Source: an uncultured Chloroflexia bacterium (GTDB taxonomy: Bacteria > Chloroflexota > Ktedonobacteria > Ktedonobacterales > JADMIN01). From it: 32,000 nt of DNA. The notes under the pieces were generated by a model. That model did no database searches. It was not told the origin of the DNA and saw only the letters and a program-made list of their open reading frames with translations. Of this stretch, positions 27,983-32,000 are shown piece by piece; the first letter of the stretch is position 1; each line of letters starts with the position of its first letter. The position numbers were made by a program, and so were the translations under genes. The stretch is from contig CAVRAI010000007.1 in assembly GCA_963718915.1 (NCBI GenBank), forward strand, positions 210,001 to 242,000, read 5' to 3'.

Positions 27983-28642
27983 GTGAATACACCTCCACAA
28001 CAGCCACCCTACGAACCCTACGGACAACAACCGCCACCACCCTATGGGCAACAGCCACCCTACGGGCAGCCACCGCCGCCGGGATATGGGCCACCGCCAG
28101 GATATGCCCCGCCACCGCCAGGATATGCCCCGCCACCACCGGGGTATGCGCCGCCTCCGCCGGGCGTGGGCAGCCAGTGGGGGCCATCGAGCATCGGCAT
28201 AGAGCCGAATATCTCGGCTGGCCTGGGATATCTCTTCAGTATCGTGGCGATCATCTTCTTCTTCATCGAGAAGCAGAATCGCTTCGTCAAGTTCCACACC
28301 GCCCAGGCTATTCTGCTGGCCATTGCCTACCTGGTTCTGTTTGCGCTGTGGTTCATCGCCTTCTTTGTGGTCATCCTTGGCAGCGCGGCGGGCGCCGGTA
28401 GCGATGTGAACACGGCAAATACCATCGCCGGATTCGGCACGATTCTGCTGGTGCTCTGTATCGGCGCGGTCGCGCTGGTCTATCTGGCTTTGTGGATCTG
28501 GGGGATGGTCGCGGCGTTCAGCGGGCGCGTGGTCAAGTTCCCGCTGATTGGCGCGATTGCCGAGCGCTGGGCCGGTGGTCCAGTGGTCCCGGTCGTTCCG
28601 GTCGCCCCCTATGGACCATATGCGCCGCCGCCCGCGTACTGA
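27983..28642 (+). CDS. DUF4870-like small integral membrane protein, paralogue 2, with (PPPGYA)n N-terminal repeats
   Basis: Contains GIEPNISAGLGYLFSIVAIIFFFIEKQNRFVKFHTAQAILL...FPLIGAIAERWAGGPVVP, collinear with paralogue 1. The N-terminus is PPPGYGPPPGYAPPPPGYAPPPPGYAPPPPG. The GTG at 27983 (after AAGGGA) is preferred by analogy with paralogue 1. An in-frame ATG at 27935 is the alternative. Confidence 0.72.
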   Translation: MNTPPQQPPYEPYGQQPPPPYGQQPPYGQPPPPGYGPPPGYAPPPPGYAPPPPGYAPPPPGVGSQWGPSSIGIEPNISAGLGYLFSIVAIIFFFIEKQNRFVKFHTAQAILLAIAYLVLFALWFIAFFVVILGSAAGAGSDVNTANTIAGFGTILLVLCIGAVALVYLALWIWGMVAAFSGRVVKFPLIGAIAERWAGGPVVPVVPVAPYGPYAPPPAY

Positions 28643-28672
28643 GGTGAAAGGCCGCGCTGGCAACGTTGCGGC

Positions 28673-29125
28673 TTATGCGTCGCCCTCGGTACGCGGGGCG
28701 ATCTCGCCGATGCCGTGTTTGTGGTACTCGATTTTGAGGCAGCGGTTCTGCACCACCTTCAGTCCGGCATCGCTGGCGCGCTGGGCCGCCGCATCATTCA
28801 CGACGAAGAGCTGCGTCCAGAGCACATCAGCGCCGACGGCGATGGCCTGTTCCGCTACCTCAGGCACGAATTCTGAGCGCCGAAAGACGTTGACAATCTC
28901 CGGGCGCACCGGCAGGTCGGCCAGCGAGGCGTAGACCGTGCGCCCCAGCACCACCTGTCCGGCAATCGTGGGGTTCACCGGATAAATCTCGTAACCCTGC
29001 GCCTGCATGAATCGCGAGACGTCATGACTGGGTCGCTCAGGATCAGCGGAGAGTCCGACGACGGCGATCCGCCGGTAGCGTGTCAGGATGTCACGGATGC
29101 CCTCGCTGTCGGTCACAATTGACAC
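28673..29125 (-). CDS. CoA-binding domain protein (YccU/YneT-like)
   Basis: IRDILTRYRRIAVVGLSADPERPSHDVSRFMQAQGYEIYPVNP...VYASLADLP..PEIVNVFRRSEFVPEV...GADVLWTQ is the typical CoA_binding_2 pattern. Confidence 0.8.
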   Translation of the reverse strand: MSIVTDSEGIRDILTRYRRIAVVGLSADPERPSHDVSRFMQAQGYEIYPVNPTIAGQVVLGRTVYASLADLPVRPEIVNVFRRSEFVPEVAEQAIAVGADVLWTQLFVVNDAAAQRASDAGLKVVQNRCLKIEYHKHGIGEIAPRTEGDA

Positions 29126-29228
29126 AAGGTTACTCCTTGCAGATGTGCGCGGACGGTCAACGCTTCAGATTGTATAGCATGATACTATACCGCACGCAAC
29201 GTATGCGCAACCTGGGGACAATCGAAGA

Positions 29229-30498
29229 TCAGCGCGCCATTTGCAGCAGCGGAGCGATATCGAAGCGCAGTTTGCTGTGAGCGGCACGGAGCGCCTCTTC
29301 AGCGGCGGCGGGGCTCTCGGCATGGGCGAAGATGAAGCCGAGATAGCTGCTACCCTCCGGCAGCGGTGTCACGACCGTATGCGGGCGAATGGAAATTTCG
29401 ATCGCCGGTAATATTGGGTACGGCTTCAGCCTCTTCGACGCCGTGGACCGCGCGCATCACGCCGCCCTTCGGAATGGGAATCATCATGACGCCCGCGCCC
29501 CCGCCGACGCGCTCCAGCGAGGGTAGCTCCATGCGTAGGGCATGGCGCAGCAGCAACTCTTCCAGGCACATGCCCGCGCCAAACTCCAGAATCGTGGAGC
29601 AGAGGCCGCCAATCGAGCGCCCAGCAATCTCCACCATCCACGGGCCGCGCTCGTTGACGCGCAGCTCCGCGTGAATCGGTCCATCGCGGAGGCCAATCGC
29701 GGCGGCTGCCCGCGCGGCGCAGTCGGCGATGGCGGCCTGGGTCTCGGCTGGCAGGCGCGATGGCGTGGTGTAGATCGTCTCCTCAAAGAAGGGGCCGTCG
29801 AGCGGGTCGGGTTTATCGAAGATCGCCAGCACGTGCAGCCCATCCTCACGCAGCAGCCCATCCAGCGCGACCTCCACGCCGGGAATGTAGTCTTCGACCA
29901 GGATATCGGTCGTCTCGCGGATGTTGCCGTCGTCGAGCAGAATGCGCTCCAGCCGTGCGATGGCGGCGACGAGTTCGTCAGGCGAGTTGGCCCGGATCAC
30001 GCCACGGCTGCCGGAGAGACGTAGCGGCTTGACCACACAGGGGTAAGTCACCCGCAGCGCGATCTCGTGCGGGTCAGCGGTCAGGGGGAAGCGGCGGAAA
30101 ACGGGCGAAGGTACACCCGCCGCCGCCATCAGCCGACGCATCACACCCTTATCGCGCGCCGCCTCCGCCGCCTCAGGTGGATTCCACGGCAGCCCCAGCG
30201 CCGCGTTGGCCCGCGCGGCGAGGATGGTGGCGCTGTCGTCCACCGGCACGATGGCATCGAAGGGCTGGCGCGCGTGCGCCTCTTTGAGCGTGGCGACGGA
30301 TGACTCGATATCGGCGAAGTCGAGCGCGAGCTGCACGCCCCACTCCTCAGCCACCGCCTTTGGCAAGTCCAGCCCGCGAATGACCTCGGTGTCGAGGTGT
30401 TGCGCCGCGTCGAAGTACGCGCCCGCGCGGTAGGTGGCGGGCGTCATCAGCAACAGCAGGCGCTTTCGGCCGGGCGTCTGTATCTCGTCTGAAGCCAT
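29229..30498 (-). CDS. ATP-grasp carboxylate-amine/L-amino-acid ligase-like enzyme, with one frameshift near the 3' end
   Basis: ATP-grasp core: ARDKGVMRRLMAAAGVPSP...YPCVVKPLRLSGSRGVIRAN...LVEDYIPGVEVALDGLL...GPIHAELRV...PWMVEIAGRSIGG. The annotated ORF ends with the aberrant ...ITGDRNFHSPAYGRDTAAGG*. Shifting frame at about 29400-29406 gives ITG/IEISIRPHTVVTPLPEGSSYLGFIFAHAESPAAAEEALRAAHSKLRFDIAPLLQMAR*, the canonical family C-terminus, with the stop at the complement of 29229..29231. Confidence 0.8.
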
Positions 30499-30542
30499 CT
30501 GTACCCTCCCATATATGAGCGCTGCGAACGCGAGCGAGCCAT

Positions 30543-30742
30543 GCGGCTAAAGCCGCGCCTAAGGGACACGCTTGCGTGTCCACAAAGCCTGCCTCCGCAG
30601 GCTCCAGAGAAGCGCTCGCCAGGATTAGCCGTGCCTAATGTCGTTTAACATGTTGTTCGGGTAATCCATGAGGCGCGTCTGCCTCTGGTGAGCCCGCGCA
30701 GGCGGGCTTGGCGGCGCAGCCCTTAGACGCGGCTTTAGCCGC
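30543..30742. mobile_element. MITE-like nested-palindrome element of 200 bp with 23-bp terminal inverted repeats
   Basis: gcggctaaagccgcgcctaaggg (30543..30565) pairs with cccttagacgcggctttagccgc (30720..30742) with 1 mismatch as a reverse complement. Internal hairpins are ggacacgcttgcgtgtcc, agcctgcctccgcaggct and gcccgcgcaggcgggc. It is a sequence variant of the 5363..5608 family. Confidence 0.65.
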
Positions 30743-30770
30743 CAGACGTCGGCCATCGTACGATGCTATT

Positions 30771-31538
30771 TTACCCCGCCTTGACGCAGGTGGTCGGGTC
30801 AGCCGCGCTAGCGACCGCAACCGCAAGCCACCAGGTCTGTGTATCGAGCGGCGCAAACGCGATGCCGCTGCCCGTCGTAGCTCCGCTGGCAATCGCGCCG
30901 CTGGCGAGCGTGCTGCCCTGGCATCCGCCGCTATGGATACTCCACTGGGCGGGCTGTTTCGTCGTCGGCGCGTCCAGCGAGACATGCACCTGCGTGATGA
31001 CGATGCCCTCGAAGAGCGCGATCCCCAGGCCAACGCCCTGGTCTACCTTGTCTGGCTCGTAGAGATCGAAGTACTGGCGCAGATTATTGAGCGGATGCCC
31101 GCAGGCGGTGACGGTGGCATTGGGCGCGGCGGATTGCAGCATGACCACATACCAGTTCGCGTCCACAGGCAGCGCGACGTTGGCGCCTTTATCGGAGGCG
31201 CCCTGCACCGCCACAGTTGAGCCGTCTGTTGGCGCGTTCGATGTCAGCGGCGCGACCACCTTGCCATAGCAGCCGCCTTCACGAAGTTGCGCGGGTGTCT
31301 GTGGGTTATCATAAGGCACGAGCGCGCCGTGCATATAGACGACGACATGCGCGCCATAGGCTGGCGTGAGCGTCGCCTGACCGAGCGTCGTGGCGTTGCC
31401 ACTGGCGCTGAGTGTCACCTGCACGGGCTTGCCCAGCGCGGGCGGGCTGCCCTGTGGGCCACAGGCAGAGAGCGCCAGCACGGCCAGCGTAGCGAAGAGA
31501 ACCCACCAGCGTCGTGTGAAGTGATTTGGATATCTCAT
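30771..31538 (-). CDS. Hypothetical secreted lipoprotein (two internally similar Cys-containing halves)
   Basis: The signal peptide plus lipobox is RRWWVLFATLAVLALSAC-GPQG. No confident family assignment could be made from sequence alone. The start overlaps the stop of the upstream gene (ATGA overlap at 31535..31538). Confidence 0.6.
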   Translation of the reverse strand: MRYPNHFTRRWWVLFATLAVLALSACGPQGSPPALGKPVQVTLSASGNATTLGQATLTPAYGAHVVVYMHGALVPYDNPQTPAQLREGGCYGKVVAPLTSNAPTDGSTVAVQGASDKGANVALPVDANWYVVMLQSAAPNATVTACGHPLNNLRQYFDLYEPDKVDQGVGLGIALFEGIVITQVHVSLDAPTTKQPAQWSIHSGGCQGSTLASGAIASGATTGSGIAFAPLDTQTWWLAVAVASAADPTTCVKAG

Positions 31539-32000
31539 AAACCGCCTATCGGCACACTATCAGGCATCGCGACGGCAAGTCCGGCCAGTGTACGTATCGC
31601 CTCAGCCATCTCATCCGCCGTGCGGGCAAAGGTGACGGGTGCGGGCGCCTGGGCGCGAAAATCTTCCACTGTCACATCGTCGAGAAAGCGCTTGCCCGCA
31701 TTATCAAGCATCACACGTGGCAGCAGCAGCAGGTCATCACCAGCGAAGTCGCCGCACTGCTCCCGCACCTGATCCAGCACATCCTGCCCGCAGAGCAGCC
31801 CCGCCACAGTCACGATAGGCCCGAAGAAGCGGTTTTCTATCGGCATCACCCGCACCTCTATATTGCCGATGCGGCGCAGGTCGCGCGCCATCCGTTCGAT
31901 GATGGGCCGCGCCATCGCACTGGTGACAATCCCGACGCGGCGGGGCGCGGGCAGCGCTTCAGGCAGCGTCTTACGGGTGGCGCGCCAGTCATCCAGCAGC
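31535..32000 (-). CDS. DUF512-type radical-SAM-associated protein, C-terminal part (gene continues beyond the window end)
   Basis: VMPIENRFFGPIVTVAGLLCGQDVLDQV......LLLLPRVMLDN matches the conserved DUF512 C-terminal module. The reading frame stays open to position 32000. Confidence 0.6.
   Translation of the reverse strand, partial: LLDDWRATRKTLPEALPAPRRVGIVTSAMARPIIERMARDLRRIGNIEVRVMPIENRFFGPIVTVAGLLCGQDVLDQVREQCGDFAGDDLLLLPRVMLDNAGKRFLDDVTVEDFRAQAPAPVTFARTADEMAEAIRTLAGLAVAMPDSVPIGGL

Noticed and set aside
1-32000. tRNA, rRNA, tmRNA or RNase P genes.
   Set aside because: Scanning the intergenic regions by eye found no T-loop (GGTTCGAATCC-like) / acceptor-stem combinations or rRNA-like conserved blocks. 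The only 'tcgaacc' occurrence (161..167) is inside the hydrolase coding sequence.

Overview
High-GC (roughly 60-65% by eye) bacterial chromosomal window. The style suggests Chloroflexota/Ktedonobacteria: WSPDG-type WD40 repeats, the 'GEGxGVR' hairpin repeat and abundant nested-palindrome intergenic repeats. That taxon call is inference only. The backbone is housekeeping: fabH, an M1 aminopeptidase, two long RelA/SpoT homologues, an aquaporin, topA, hslV and hslU. Accessory-looking genes are interspersed among these. Four points stand out. (1) There are two NTPase-less TIR-domain multidomain proteins. One is an intact TIR-helical repeat-FGE/SUMF1 fusion (1688..3682). The other is a disrupted TIR-helical repeat-WD40 gene (8919..11142), bracketed by inverted copies of a dispersed repeat arm. 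(2) Two tandem long RSH paralogues show reciprocal catalytic-motif decay: one has a degenerate HD hydrolase, the other has its synthetase Glu replaced by Gln. (3) A modular family of MITE-like nested-palindrome repeats occupies most long intergenic spacers and generates spurious ORFs. (4) About 7 frame disruptions occur in 4 otherwise well-conserved genes. This points to assembly indel errors or local pseudogenisation and must be resolved before any functional reading. No rRNA, tRNA, CRISPR array, transposase, integrase or reverse transcriptase was recognised. Many long ORFs in the supplied track are antisense shadow ORFs typical of high-GC DNA and were not called.
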